Below are positions 24,161 through 38,550 of a stretch of DNA of 64,000 bases, in pieces. Source of the stretch: Mustelus asterias (lineage: Eukaryota); assembly GCF_964213995.1 (NCBI RefSeq), contig NW_027590479.1, positions 186,001 through 250,000 on the forward strand. Reading direction: 5' to 3'. The notes under the pieces were generated by a model. That model was not told where the DNA came from. It saw only the letters and a program-made list of their open reading frames with translations, and searched no databases. The position numbers were made by a program, and so were the translations under genes. How positions within the stretch are numbered: position 1 is the stretch's first letter; every line of letters begins with the position of its first letter.

Positions 24161-25902
24161 GTAACTCTCACTCAGTCTCTTTCACTCTAACAGTCTCTGT
24201 CTGTGTCTCTATTTCCCTCTTTTGGTCTTTGTTCTATCTGCTCACTGTCTTTGTGCAACTAAATTTCACTGGATTGATTCCTGAGATGAGGTGGTTGTCC
24301 TTGGAGGACATTCAGTGGGATGAGTCTGTCCTCTCTGAAATTCAGAATAATGAGAAGTGATATAATTGAAAAGGGAGGGAAAAGGAAGGATCAGGAAAGC
24401 AGCAAACACTTGATGTTGTTCCAGGAAAAGTGGGGTCTGGTGGTGTGGATGTCAGGTTTTACACAGCATATGGTCAGCCTGTGGATTCACCCAGGATGAA
24501 GAATCTCTGAATGATTCTATTCAAATCACCCGGAGAGGAACCTTTGAGAGGAAGCACCTAAGAAGAAGCAGCACATAAAGATATCCAAACACAGAGATCC
24601 AAACACACTCTCTCTCCCTGTCTCTTACACAGACATGGGCAAACATAGAGACATACCCACAACCAAACAGACATCTTCATTCATAGACACACACCCACAC
24701 CCAGACAGGCATCTTCATTCATAGACACACACCCACACAGATAATTCCAGCCCTATCATGTGGAGAATATAGCCCATTCTGACTAATACTGGAGATGAAA
24801 TAACAGTGGCTTTACAAACTACGATGTTTGAGAAATTCAAGTAACCATTACCCGTCAGGGACAGTGAGCAGTTCTGATTACCCATTTCCACTCCTTTCTC
24901 TAAACTTGAATCTATATTGAACAACATCTGGGACAGCAGCAATGACAAATCACTAACACTGAGCTGCCTCGTGTCAGCCTGGGTGAAGAGCCCTGCTGGG
25001 GGATAGTGTAAATTACAGAACAACATCCCTGGGTAATCAGTGTCTCTGGGTTCTGGAATTACAGAAGATGCTAATTCCCCTCACATTGATGGTCCAGTTA
25101 ATGAAGAGAATTCTAAGACAGGTTTCAAGCATAAAGAATATAATGTTGTTTCGAATCTGTCATCCTGGCCTCATTCATTACTGCTCCAATGTCCTGGGAA
25201 ATGTGCTGCACCACATCCAGCAGGTACCACAGACACTGTTCATCTTTTTCAACATGTGGATTCGAATCCAGGTCCCCAGAACATTAGCTGGGTTTCTGGA
25301 TTAATAGTCTATCGATAATACCATTAGACATCGCCTCCCCCAAATGTGTTCCCTTTAGAACAAAGAAGCTGAAATGGAGATTTCATGGATCTGTTCAAGA
25401 TGATCGGGGTGGGGACGGGTGGTTTGATAGAGCAGATCGGGAGAAACTGTTCCACTGATGCGGGTCAGTAACCAGAGGACTGGGATTGAAGATAATTAAA
25501 GAAAGACAGACTGGCATCAATATCGCACATTTCCCAACCAGCAGGAATCACAATGGGATCATTGTTATAATGAAGGCTGAATGGCCGAATGCTGCTCCTA
25601 CGGCTTATGGTCTATTCCTTAGTTCCCTCGAAACGGGGATAATCCCAGCCTCCCAAATGAAGATGCAGTCATTCAAAAATTAAAACAAAGTTGATGTTTT
25701 TTTATTTTTAACCCAGAATACTAATATCTAAATCTGCACTGGATATTGTTAACATCAGACCCCAATAAATATAGTTCAGTTCTGGATGTGATTAACAGCA
25801 AACTCCAATCTGGCTGGTGTGTCAGCACGTTGGATGACTGATTGAATCCTTTCCCACACTTGAAGCAGATGAATGGTTTCTCCCCAGTGTGAACTCGCTG
25901 GT

Positions 25903-26748
25903 TTACAGTGAGAGGAGATGATTGTCTGAACTCAGTCCCACAGTGAAAGCATCTGAACGGACTCGAGTGTGAACCCGTTGATGGGTCATCAAGTTCCCAA
26001 AACTTTTAAAGCACTTTCCACAGTCTGGGCATTTAAAAGGTCTCTCGTCAGTGTGAATCCGTTGATGGCAGATCAGGTTCGAAGAGTTAGCGAATTCCTT
26101 CCCACATTTGGAGCAGATGAACGGGTTATCCTCAGTGTGAATCCGCTGGTGTGTCAACAGTTCTGTTGATGTAATGAATGCCTTCTCACACTCAGAGCAG
26201 GTGAATGGTCTCTCTCCAGAGTGAATTCGCTGGTGAATCAGAAGGTGAAACGACCGGCTGAATTTCTTCCCACACTCGGAGCAGGTGAATGGTCTCTCCC
26301 CAGTGTGAACTCGCTGGTGTGTCACCAGGTGGGTTGACTGAGTGAATCCCATTTTGCACTCGGAGCAGGTGAATGGTCTCTCTCCCGTGTGAACTCGCTG
26401 GTGTGACACCAGGTGGGCTGACTGAGTGAATCCCACCTTGCACACAGAGCAGGTGAAAGGTCTCTCCCCAGTGTGAATTCGCTGGTGTCTCACCAGGTGG
26501 GACAACTGAGTGAATCCTTTCCCACACTCGGAGCAGGTGAACGGTCTCTCCCCAGTGTGACACCGTCGATGAATTTCCAGCTCTGATGGGGAACTGAATC
26601 CCTTGCCACAACACTCACATTTCCACAATTTCTCCCCACCGTGACTGCATTTATGTTTTGACAGGCCAGATAAACGGCTGAATCCTCGTCCACACACGGA
26701 ACACGTGTACAGTTTCTCCCCACTGTGAGCGGTGCTTTTTCCTTCCAT
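25903..26748 (-). CDS. C2H2 ZNF (type A), 9 finger units, C-terminal frameshift
   Basis: ORF from ATG at 26748; out-of-frame finger relics continue to about 25810. Confidence 0.8.
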   Translation of the reverse strand: MEGKSTAHSGEKLYTCSVCGRGFSRLSGLSKHKCSHGGEKLWKCECCGKGFSSPSELEIHRRCHTGERPFTCSECGKGFTQLSHLVRHQRIHTGERPFTCSVCKVGFTQSAHLVSHQRVHTGERPFTCSECKMGFTQSTHLVTHQRVHTGERPFTCSECGKKFSRSFHLLIHQRIHSGERPFTCSECEKAFITSTELLTHQRIHTEDNPFICSKCGKEFANSSNLICHQRIHTDERPFKCPDCGKCFKSFGNLMTHQRVHTRVRSDAFTVGLSSDNHLLSL

Positions 26749-28159
26749 GTTCAAAATCCAATGATACGCATATTACGATAAATTGGGCGACTCTGTCTGA
26801 TCCTGATGTGATGTTTGGTTTCAGTTTTCTGACTGCAAATCCTCACCTTTGAATATGCTGTGAAATTGATTTAAAAAAGAAAAGAGAGTGAGAGAAAACC
26901 CACAAAATCACCAAGGCAGGTTGTGAAATGGAGCTGAATGAATCTGGTAATTTGTGGGGCCGGCACTGGGAAAAAGAGACCAAGAAAACTGATGGATTGT
27001 CATAAAAACCCAACTGGTTCACTAATGTCCTTCAGGGAAGGGAACCTTTGAGCCAGTCTGAACCTATACAAGACCAGAGCTTCAATGTGAAGAGGCAGCG
27101 GATGGGCGGGATTAAGAGATGTGGGAGGAGAAGAGGTGAAGGAGTGGATACATCTACAACCAGATAGAAACTCCCAAACCCTCAACCTCCACCATTTAGA
27201 AAGACCAGGTTCACAGGTGAATGTGAACATCATCACCTCAAAGTCACACAGCATCGCGACTGGACTGAGATCCTGTCCTGGATTCGGAGAAGTTTCCTCC
27301 ATTTAAAGAGTGAGAAACATGAAACGATTGTCTTCAGTCCGTGCGACAAACTCCACCCCGTGGACACTGACACCATCCCACTCTGGTGCTGAAGCAGGCT
27401 GTTTACAACCAGCTTCAAATATTTATTTTCTAAATCTGACTTTGCAGGGTCGACAAGGCCGTTTCCCGTGTCAAGGCCCATGCCTGGTCTGCCCATTTCC
27501 ATACCTTTTTAGTAACTTTGTACTAGTTGGGTACAACTGAGTGGCTTGCTGTGCCATATCAGAGGGAATTTAAGATTCAACCACGTTGCAGATCTGGAGA
27601 TACATGTAGGCCAGACCAGGTGAAGATGGCAGATTTGTTTTTCCCTAAACAGCACCAGTGAACCCAATGGGCTTTAATGATAATCAATAATGATTTTTTT
27701 GCTCATCATTAGCCTTTCAAATTCAAACTTGTATTCAATGTAAATTCCACCACCTGCCATGGCAGGATTTGAACCTCAGTTCCCAGAACATTACTCTGGG
27801 TCTCACCCCCCACCCCCGATGCCCTTCCAACCACACACCTGTTCCATCTCCAAGAATGGGTTTCCATCGGTGAGGGGGCTGGGACCTCACACTGCATACT
27901 TCTTTGAAAACATGTATTGATATCCTCATAGCTATTTCTAAAATTATTAAAATGGGAGAAATAGCTGAATCTGAGAGTGTTTCTGACCCCTGAACAAATG
28001 GAGCAATCTGGGAGACACAAAGAAACTCACACCTCATTCTCCCAGAAGCGACATTTTGATTCTGGATCATGTGAAACACAATTGTTCTCTGTGATCTCTG
28101 CACTGTAAATCGTTCCTTTCTCTGTCCATCTTCTATGTATTAATGCATCCATCATTACG

Positions 28160-29726
28160 AAGTGCTTCGAAAGGTTAGTCATGGCACAAATCAGTCCGGT
28201 CTCCCAGACTGCCTGGATCCACTACAGTTCACTACCGCCGCAACAGGTCCACAGCAGACACCATCTCCCTGACCCTGCACTCAACCCTGGAACCACCAAG
28301 ATAACAAAGCACCCATTTCAGACTCCTATTTATTGACTACAGCTCAGCCTTCAACACCATTATTCCTACGAAACACATCTCCAAATTCCGTGGCCTGGCC
28401 TTAGCTCCTCTCTACGACTGGGTCCAAGACTTCCTAACACTCAGATCAGTAAGAATAGGCAACAACACCTCCTCCACGATCATCCTCAACACTGGTGCCC
28501 AACAAGGCTGTGTCCTCAGCCCCTTACTATACTCCTTATACACCTATGGCTGAGTGGCCAAATTCCCCCCCAACTTGATTTTCATGATTGCTGATGACAC
28601 CACCGCAGTGGGTCGGATCTCAAACAATGATGAGACAGAGAACAGGAATGAGACAGAGAATCTGGTGAACTGGTGCGGTGACAATAATCTCTCCCTCAAT
28701 GTCAACAAAATGAAGGAGATAGTCATCGCCTTCAGGAAGCGTAGTTGGGGACATGCCCCTGTCTACATCAACAGAGATGAAGTGGAAATGGTCGAGAGCT
28801 GAGTTTCTAGGTGACCAGATACCAACAACCTGTCCTGGTCCCTCCATGCCAATGCTACAACTAAGAAAGCCCACCAATGCCTCTGCTTTCTCAGGAGGCT
28901 AAGGAAATTTGGCATGTCCGTGATGATTTTCACCAACTTTTATAGATACACCATAGAAAGCATTCTTTCTGGTTGTATCACAGCTTGGCGTGGCTCCTGC
29001 TCTATCCAAGAACACAAGAAACTACAATGGGTCATGACTGAAGCCGAGTCCATCACGCAAACCAGCCTCCCACCCCTTGACTCTGTCTACACTTACCGCG
29101 ACCTCGGAAAAGCAGCCAGTATAATCAATGAACCCCACACATCCCAGACATTCTCTCTTCCAACTTCTTCCCTCGGGAAAAAGATACAAAAGTCTGAGGT
29201 CCCGTACCAATCGACTCAAGAACAGCTTCGCCCCTGCTGCCATCAAACTTTTGAATGGACCTCCTTTAAGTTTATCTTTCTCTACACCCTAGCTCTGACT
29301 GTAACACAACATTCTGCACACTCTCCTTTCGTTCTCTATCTACGGTATGCTTTATCTGTATGGCGTGCAAGAAACAATACTTTTCACTTCATACTATTAC
29401 ATGGTGGCACAGTGGTTAGCACTGCTGCCTCACAGCACCAGGGACCCAGATTCGATTCCCGGCTTGGCTCACTGTCTGTGTGGAGTTTGCATGTTCTCCC
29501 TGTGTCTGCGTGGGTTTCTTCCGGGTGCTCCGGTTTCCTCCCACACTCCAAAGATGTGCAGGTTAGGTTAATTGGCCATGCTAAAATTCTCCCTCAATTC
29601 TCCCTCTGAACAGGTGCTAGAGTGTGGCGACGAGGGGATTTTCACAGGACCTTCATCGCAGTCTGAATGTAAGCCTACTTGTAACTAATAAATAAACTTT
29701 GTGTGACAATAATAAATCAAATCAAA
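28160..29726 (+). mobile_element. Rex1/Babar-like LINE fragment with a V-SINE (29400-29700) nested in its 3' end
   Basis: [45 protein letters not shown] relics; ATAAATCAAATCAAAT tail. Confidence 0.75.
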
Positions 29727-30406
29727 TGGCGCAACATTGAGTTTCCACATTTGGAGTGTCTGTGAGTAAACTAAAGTTAATTCTCACTTAGAGTCATAGA
29801 GGTTTACAGCATGGAAACAGGCCCTTCGGCCCAACTTGTCCATGCCACCCCTTTTTTAAAACCCCCTAAGCTAGTACCAATTGCCCGCATTTGGCCCATA
29901 TCCCTCTATAGCCCTCTTACCCATTTCCTTCCCTAAAGGACATTAGTGAACATGTATACGGATATATGAATTACGAGCAGGAGTAAGCCTTGAAGTATTG
30001 GGTAGTATGTCACTGCTTATAAAGGACGAATCAAATCAAAAACATCGTTCTGGTCACAGACAGATGTGAGATGAGAAATAAATGTGGAATAAGTTACCTT
30101 CCACCCCTCCTGTGGATAACATATCCCCCTAACATGGCTCACCCTGGCCCTGTCTTAGTATTGTTTCTGAAAATTTCATGCATTCCCTCCTGACTTGACT
30201 GGACAGCCTCATCTATTCATTACCAACTTGAGTTTCTCTAAATCCCTGTCTCAGCTGAGGTTTCTGGAACTTTCATTCATTCCTTTATTTTCTTTAGACT
30301 TGACTGTCAGTGTCCCTCATTTAATCCATGAAAAACTTTGGTGTATATAAACCTCTGTCCTCTGCATCAAGTCCCACACACTCACCCATCACCATGTCCT
30401 CACCAT

Positions 30407-30660
30407 GGGGCTGCGGTGGTTAGCACTGCTGCCTCACAGTGCCAGAGACCTGGGTTCAATTCATGGCTTGGGTGACTGTCTGTGTGGAGTCTGCACATTC
30501 TCCCCAGGTCTGCATGGGTTTCCTCCCAGTCAGAAAGGCTTACTGGTTAGGTGCATTGACCCGAACAAGCGCCGGAGTGTGGCAACTAGGGGAATTTCAC
30601 AGCAACTTCATTGCAGTGTTAATGTGAGCTCAGCTAATGTGACACTAATAAATGAACTTT
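30407..30660 (+). mobile_element. V-SINE, alternative-tail subfamily
   Basis: Core plus GAGTGTGGC.ACTAGGGG..CACTAATAAA tail, as at 29400 and 52460. Confidence 0.8.
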
Positions 30661-30779
30661 AAAACAATTCAATTGAAAAAATTGCATCCTTTTTTTGCAA
30701 ATCCTTCCATGACATTATTGTTCCCTATTTCCAGTCACACAGATGTTTGAATCTTTTTCTACAGACACACTTACAATCA

Positions 30780-31410
30780 GGTTCTGATGAATTGAGTGAC
30801 TCTGTCAGGTTTTGATCTGATGTTTGGTTTGAGTTTCCCTTCAAATTTTGTCATCAAATTTCCTGTAAAAAAGATCATCACTGTCAGTCAAGAATAGAAA
30901 TTAAGTGAGAAACATTTCTCTTGGGTTGAGTTTTCTGTGTGTAAATCCTCCCCTTCTGACTCCCTGTAAAAGGAGTTTCCAAAGTCCATCCCTGTCAGTC
31001 CAGGAGAGAAATTCACAACTTTCTCTCCTCCTGCTGGCAGGGAGCGCCGCGCATGCGCACTATTGCCCATCGCCCCGAGAAAGATGGCCTCCGTCAACTC
31101 GGGGCCTCCAAATCAGGCATCTGCGGTCGCGGCCCCGAATGGTAGGAACGCGGCACTGAACAGTTATTATTCGGGTTTTTCTGTATCCACTGGGTGCTTA
31201 TGAAGCCTCCGCATCCACCCCGCCGCCTGCATTACCCTCCAGAATAAGCCGTTTCCCTGGAAACCCGGAGCCGATATAACCGCCTTCCTGCGACTGCGGC
31301 AGCAACATCCACTGCGCATGCACTTTGGATCTACAGTACGCATGCGCAAGGTTTGCTGTAAGGATAGATCATATTCTGATTCACTGTGAATGCTGGGTAA
31401 GATACCCACC
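30780..31410. promoter_or_regulatory. ZNF promoter and acceptor module with no adjacent ZF exon
   Basis: GCGCATGCGC (NRF1), AAGATGGC (YY1), and two copies of the ZNF acceptor/5'-UTR module. Paralogous to 22060-22330 and 22800-22990. Confidence 0.6.
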
Positions 31411-31869
31411 ATTGAAGTATGTTCTTGCATTAAAAAAAATATGTTTTGTGATTCAATTACAACTGAAGCCAAAGCACCAAGGTATAAAATGAAAATAACT
31501 AATACAGCAGCTAATGTCAACAGGCACCACAGCTCTGTCCTGAGTTTAATTAATAGCGGAATAAACGTCTACACCTGAAGATGAACTCCTTGGAGTGTCA
31601 GCTGGTGTAACGAACTGATTGATTTACCATCCACCCCTTCTCCACACACACACACGGACTTGACAATAAGAATGGACTCATGTTTGATCAAATCCTTTGA
31701 ACTTTTAAATATGTTAACAGATGGGAAACTGAATAAATCCATTTACACACATAACATATCTGAATGGTCTCTTTCTGGTGTGGCTGTGCTGCTGTAAATA
31801 GGATAACTGACCACTTACATTCCAGAACTGACTGGGTCAGCACTGCTCTATTTCCAAGACCAACATTGA

Positions 31870-32180
31870 GGGGCAGCACAGTGGTTAGCACTGCTGTTTC
31901 ACAGCGCCTGGGACCTGGGTTCTATTCCCAGCTTGGGTCACTGTCTGTGTGGAGTTTGCACATTCTTCTCATGTTGGCGTGGGTTTCCTCCCGGTGCTCT
32001 GGTTTCCTCCCACACTCCAAAGATATGCGGGTTAAGTGGATTGGCCATGCTAAAAATTGTCAGGGGGACTAGCTAGGGTTAATGCATGGGGTTATGGAGA
32101 TAGGGCGTGGGTGGGATTGTGGTCGGTCCAGACCCGATGGGCTGAATGGCCTTCTTCTGCACTGTAGGATTCTATGATCC
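31870..32180 (+). mobile_element. HE1-type V-SINE
   Basis: Full head, core and TTCTATGA tail. Confidence 0.88.
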
Positions 32181-32694
32181 TTGAAAAGGTACGAAATCAA
32201 CTGCATTACTGCAAATAGTTTTATTTCCAAAAGTGTATGAGAATTCCCACCTGACTCTATTGATTCAAGGAAACTTTGTCAATTTTAAAAGTGTCCATGA
32301 ATACTGCAGAGGCTTCTGCAACTCTTCCGATGTTGTTGTTTGTTAACTCAGATTTTTCAGAAAGAGAATTGAACAATTGTTTGAAAGGAGAAATAATGCA
32401 CGTTTTTATGAAAGGGAATGATATTAGGACTAATTGTATAACTGTTTGAAAATAAGCTAGCACAGACATGATGTGTGTCCTCATGAGCTATGTTATTTCA
32501 CGATTCTATTGTTAGATCAATGTCTCTCCAACATTCCAAAATATCCTGTCCAAATTCTATCTCTGCAAATCAAGGTCACGAACTACAGCATGACGACACA
32601 GTTTGAAATACTCTGCAGTCCCTTTGAGATGCTGACCGTGACGTGTGTCTGTAGTGTACTGATTATCATTCACCTCACACGATGAAAGATCCCC

Positions 32695-32970
32695 AGTTGA
32701 AAGTGAGAGGGGGAAAGTTTAAAAGAGATGTAAGGGGGAAGTTTTCCAAGAGTGGTAAATTTGTGGAACTCGCTGCCCCACAGCGTGGTGGAGTCTGAAT
32801 CGTTGAATGGTTTCAAGAAGGAGATAGATATATTTCTGACACAAAAAGGGATGGGAGATATGGGGAACAAGTGGGGGGATCGATTTGAGACCAGGGAGAG
32901 ATCAGCCATGATCTGATTGAATCGCAGAGCAGGCTCTAAGGGCTGAAATTTACCTACTTCTGTTCCTATA
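32695..32970 (+). mobile_element. CR1 3' fragment
   Basis: RVVNLWNSLP relic and 3' UTR. Confidence 0.75.
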
Positions 32971-34404
32971 AATACAAGTTAAGTGAGAGTTTATTGGTCA
33001 CAAGTAGGCCAACATTAATAATGCAGTGAAGTTACTGTGAAAATCCCCTAGTTATTACTGTATCACAGCAGCTCGTTTGCACAATGTGACTGAACCATCA
33101 CATCAATACTTGGAGTAAATGACTGGGCTGAGATCTGGCTTGGGTAAAATCATGAGGGTCACTTATCATCACAGAATCTGAGAAATTTACAGCACAGGAT
33201 GCCATTCAGCCCATCATGCCTGTGCCAGGTGAAAATGAGCTGTCCAGTTTAGTCGCACTTTCCAGGTATAGGTTGATGGCCCTATAGGACACAGCATGTC
33301 AAGTCCATACCTGAATACCTCTTGCATATGAACATTTCTGTCTCCACCACTCTTTCAGAGAGTGAGTTTGATTCCCCACCACCCTCTGGGTGAAAACATC
33401 TCCACATTTTTCTAATCCTTCTGCCAATGTCTTTACCTCTCTGCCCCTTAGTTCTTGACATCTCTGTTAAGGAACTAGGACCTTCTGAGCCACACTCTCT
33501 GGCTACCCCTAACTAGAATGGTGCTGAGTACCCTAGCTGTGATCCAGCTAGTGTTTTTAGTAGTTCCAGGATAACCACTCTCTCACCTTCCATTGGTTCA
33601 GTATAATGGAAACTGGGAGTTGCAACCGGTCAGCATTTCAAAGATATTCATAAATGATTGGAGGGTTTCTTACAGTTGGGATCTTTCTCTGTTCTGTCCA
33701 CTCGATGAGTGAGATAAGACTTTCTGCTGTGAATGTCCAGCTGGAGTTTGGGCCCTGATGTGTTTCTTTGTTCATCTTGTTGACTCTAAATATTGAATCT
33801 TGTGATTTCAGACACCAGCTAATCAAACTCCCAACAAAAGATTGTCTTTTACTGATTGTATTAATAGCACTGCAATAATACAAAGTATAGTTACCCCATC
33901 CAGAAAACAGGGAGAATGTTGTTTTCTGTGGATCATCTCCTGACGGGAGAGTCCGATGTGGGATCGACATGGACATCCACAGAACTGGCAGTTCATGATG
34001 TTGTTGTTAATGCTCAAGGGGGATGGGGGGAGCTCTGCGGCTCCGCTCCACCCCTGGTCTTGCTCTGCCACCGCTCCACTTCTGATCTTCCTCTCGATAC
34101 CTCGGATGTTGAGAGTTTGGTGATGATGGTCCTTGAAACTGAACCAAATTTCAGTGCTGCCCCCACACATGCCGGTCGCCACAGTGTTTTCCGCAGAGAG
34201 GTGGTCCGCAGTGCATAAGTTTGTGAGGATATATTTTACGGGGTCCGTGTGTCATTTGTATTGACCACCTTGATGTTGTTTGCCCTGAGACAGTCTCCCA
34301 TCGGGAAACTTCAACACATTGGACTTGGTCTCTTGAAATAAGTCAGGAATATGGATTGTTAATAAACTCCTGTCCTGCTTCTTGTGCTGTCCCCATAATA
34401 AGAG

Positions 34405-34588
34405 TAGTAAGAAGTCTTACAACACCAGGTTAAAGTCCAACCTGGCCACAGAAAACAACATTCTCCCTGTTCTCTGGATGGGGGAACTATATTCTGTCCG
34501 TATTATTGCAGTGCTATTAATACAATCAGTAACCTGGTGTTGTTAGACTTCTTACTGCATTTACCCCAGTCCAACACCGGCATCTCCA
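34405..34588. mobile_element. Short inverted Penelope-like insertion containing captured host DNA
   Basis: 14-bp duplication CCCCATAATAAGAG at 34391-34404 and 34589-34602; inverted PLE termini. Confidence 0.85.
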
Positions 34589-37026
34589 CCCCATAATAAG
34601 AGCCTGTCAACCTGAAAATTATACATCAATCCCTTCTCTTTGTCCTTTAACAACTCTTTTACCAATGCTAATATTTCACCCCCAGTGACATGAGCCCTTA
34701 TCCTGTGCAACAACCTTGTGTATGGCACCTTATCAAATGGTTTTTAGAAATTCAATCAATGCAATATTCTCTGGTTCCCCTTTATCTAACCTGTTAGTTA
34801 CATCCTCAACAAATTCTACTAGATTTGTCAAATTCTTTCATAAACCAATGTTGACTTTGTCCAATCATGTTCTAATTTTCTAATTGTATTGTTGTCACTT
34901 CCTGAATGATAGATTCCAATATTTTCCTCCAAGTCCTGCAGTTTGATTTGAAACAGCTCAGCTTTTCTTTTTGGCTTCACACACAGACTCAAACTTCCTC
35001 CTCTGGCCAACATTTATGAGAAAAACACTCCCCCCCCCCCCCCCGCCTTCCTTGGAAATACAGAGAGTTGTGGGATTCTGGAACTGGAATTAGAGCTGGA
35101 GGATAACCCAGGGTAATGATTTTGGCATAAAGCAAAATCCTGCAGATGCTGGAATTCTGACTGAAACAGACCTGCTGAGTTTATCCAGTATTTTCTGTTT
35201 TTATTAGAATGATTTTGGGACCTGGGTTTGAATCCCACCTCGTTTCAATAAAAATATTGATGCAACATGAATCAATTATTGTAAAAACACATCTGGTTTT
35301 CTAATGCCCTTTAAGGAAGGAAATCTGCCGCCCTGATCCAGTCTAACCGACATGTGACTGGATTCACAAACAATTCAAGGGCTGACTGGGTAAACAGGGA
35401 ATGTCACCATCAGAAAAACAGAGCCCCTGGAGGGCAGAAGGGTTAGGACAGGTTATGGAGGTTAAAACTGTCATCATTGAGAACAACCCAGACTTCAATG
35501 GAACAACTGGTCCCAAACACAATCTCTTGTAGTTAATGTGGCAGGTATGGTGAATCAGGTTTAAAAAGAGTCAAATTATATATGTTTTCTGGTTTGGACA
35601 ACCACATTTAAATCTGGGACTCGGATGAGGATATGAATTGGTGTTCGGTGGTAAGATCTAAATCTGTGTATTACGCCTGGAAGCCTGAAGCCCAGAGTGA
35701 GAATATTTCAGAACCAGGATTCAAAATACATGGCTGTGGAGGGTGAATTCACCCTCAAAACGGCCGTGGAAATTCTGTCATTGGAGGAACTACTGGAAGA
35801 AAAATCACCCTGTACATGGGAGAGACAGAAACTGTGAGGACCATCGCCTCCAATCACAGATTCTGTCTCTCCTGATGTTGCTACATCTGCAGAGACGGAG
35901 TCTCAAATTGGAGGAACAGCTTTGCCACCTATTTTGAGAAAGGAAGGTCACTGACTCAGCAGCCCGTCTGTGATGTGTGGAGGAGTTGTGTCTTCCTAAC
36001 TAGTTTCATAGCAATGTGAACCTCAAAAGGAATGATCCAACCATTGACAACACAGAGCTTTCCCCATTCTGCTGAACATTATTTTTATATATCTCAGTAG
36101 GTGGGGTGTACAGCTCAGGAATTTGAGTAATCAGGTATTCTGAACTTACCTACCAATCACTTGGGTCATCACATAGAAATTGAGATACATTCATCCAGGT
36201 TCATATTGTAAACTGCTTTTATTTGCAGTTTACCGCTCACAGACAACATACAGAATCCCCGGTCAGAGCTGATCTCAGCTGGTGTAGTGAGGTTATTGAT
36301 GGGTTATTAATGTAAATCCACACACAATGAAGATCAGAATCGGGTGAGTTTTTTTCCTGCTCCAGGGTCTGATCCAATAAACAGTCTGCCCCGATTCAGT
36401 TACCTTGTGTCAAATAGTCCTATAGTCGATTTCCAAAATCTCATTTATTTTTAAAATAAATTAACAAAAAAATCTTATTTATAGATTACAATTGAAAAGA
36501 TTTAATATACACACAGTCTTTGGTATTTGTGCTAGCTTACCTAAAGAAGCAAACTCAAAAGATATTCAACACACACACAGAAGGTAATGTTACTACGTGA
36601 CTACATCACTAAATAAAGGAGTTACTGAGAATGGAAAAGGATCCCCTGGAAACCAAAAAATAGCCCTTAAAATCAAAGAGTAGCTCTCGAGAAAATCCCA
36701 ACAAAAGCATTGAAAAGAAATACTTTGAACCCTCCCGATGGATCTTTCAGATACTGAATTGTAGATTTTGAACCAAGAATCAATTTAGAATTGAAGCAAA
36801 AGTTCATAATTTTATTCCAAACAGGTTCCTGTTGAAAGTTCTTCAATTAAGGGGGAATTAAGATGGTGCTTTTAAAAAGTGACATTGCAGCCCTGAAAAT
36901 CAGTGACATCTCCAGAATATTAAATTCCAGCCAGTTATGGGATTTGTTAACATCAGCAGAAATAAAATATTGTCAGACTGTCAATACTGAACAGCAGCAA
37001 AAACAGCAAAATCCAACCCCTGCAGT

Positions 37027-38550
37027 CACTTGTGAACTTGAAGTCTCAATAATCATTGCGACTGAGTGAATCCCTTCCCACACACAGAGCAGTTGCATGG
37101 CTTCTTAGTGTGAGTGCATTGGTGAGCCAGCAGGTTGAAAGACTTTGCGAATCCCTTCCCACACACGGAGCAAGCGAATGGCCTCTCCCCTGTGTGAACT
37201 CGCTGGTGAGCAGAGAGGTTGGATGACCGATTGAATCCCTTCCCACACACGGAGCACGTGAATGGCCTTTCTGCAGTGTGAGTGCGTCGGTGAGCAGTGA
37301 GGTTGGATGACTGCCTGAAATTCTTTCCACAGTCAGTGCAGCTGAACGGCTTCTCTTTAGTGTGAATTTTCTGGTGTCTCAGCAGCGTGGTGAAAGCTGT
37401 GAATCCCTTTCCACACACAAAGCAAGTAAATGGTCTCTCCCCAGTGTGAATTCGCTGGTGTGCAATGAGGGAGGATGCCTGTCTGAAACTCCGTCCACAG
37501 TCAGTGCAGCTGAATGGCTTCTCCTCAATGTGAACTTGCTGGTAAGACAGTAAGTGGGATGACCGAGTGAATCACGGTGGCACGGTAGCGGTAGTGGTTA
37601 GCACTGCTGCTTCACAGCTCCAGGGACCTGGGTTCGATTCCCAGCTTGGGACACTGTCTGTGTGGAATTTGCACATTCTCCTCGTGTCTGCGTGGGTTTC
37701 CTCCAGGTGCTCCGGTTTCCTCCCACACTCCAAAGATGTGCAGGTTAGGTTGATTGGCTATGCTAAAATTGCCCCTTAGTGTCCTGAGATGCGTAGGTTA
37801 GAAGGATTAGTGGGTAAATATATAGGGATATGGGGGTAGGGCCTGGGTGGAATTGTGGTCGGTGCAGACTCGATGGGCCAAATGGCCTCTTTCTGCACTG
37901 TAGGGTTTCTATGGTTCTATGGAATCCCTTTCCACAGTCGGAGCAGGTGAACGGCCTCTCCCCAGTATGAACTCGCTGGTGTGACAGCAGGTGGAATGAC
38001 TGAGTGATTCCCTTCCCACACACGGAGCAGATGAATGGTCTCTCCCCGGTGTGAGTGCGTTGGTGCACAGTGAGTGCTGAAGAATGCCTGAACCTCTTCC
38101 CACAGGAGGTGCAGGTGAATGGCTTTTCCTCAGTGTGAATTCTCTGGTGAGACCAAAGGCCAGATGACTGAATGAATCCCTCCCCACAGACAGAACAGGT
38201 GAACGGTCTCTCACCAGTGTGACTGCGCCGATGGTTTTCCAGCAGAGAAGGGTAACTGAATCCTTTCCCACAGTCCCCACATTTCCATGGTGCCAGTGTC
38301 CTTGTGTCTCTCCAGGTTGGATGATCAGTTGATGCCTCGTCCACACACAGAACACGCGTATAGTTTCTCCTCGCTGTGAATGCTGTGATGTTTTTTCAGG
38401 CTGCGGAACTGGTTAAAGCTCTTTCTACAGTTAGTTCACTGGAACACTCTCACTTGGGTGCGTGTGTGTATGTCTTGGCTTTTCCAGTCACACTGATGTT
38501 TGAAATCTTCTCCTCCAGGCAGAACAAACGAACATTTCTCCTTCCACGTT
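37027..38550 (-). pseudogene. C2H2 ZNF pseudogene (type B)
   Basis: 11-bp deletion at the start (CCATGGAGAAA lost relative to the 54529 paralog), SINE insertion, premature TGA at 37053. Confidence 0.85.
37574..37921 (+). mobile_element. HE1-type V-SINE inserted in the ZNF exon
   Basis: GAATC duplicated at 37569-37573 and 37922-37926. Confidence 0.92.

Noticed and set aside
24668-24740. About 39-bp tandem duplication in CA-rich sequence
   Set aside because: Ordinary slippage repeat; not CRISPR-like and no function evident.
31580-31770. Faint zinc-finger relic
   Set aside because: Too degenerate to delimit by eye.
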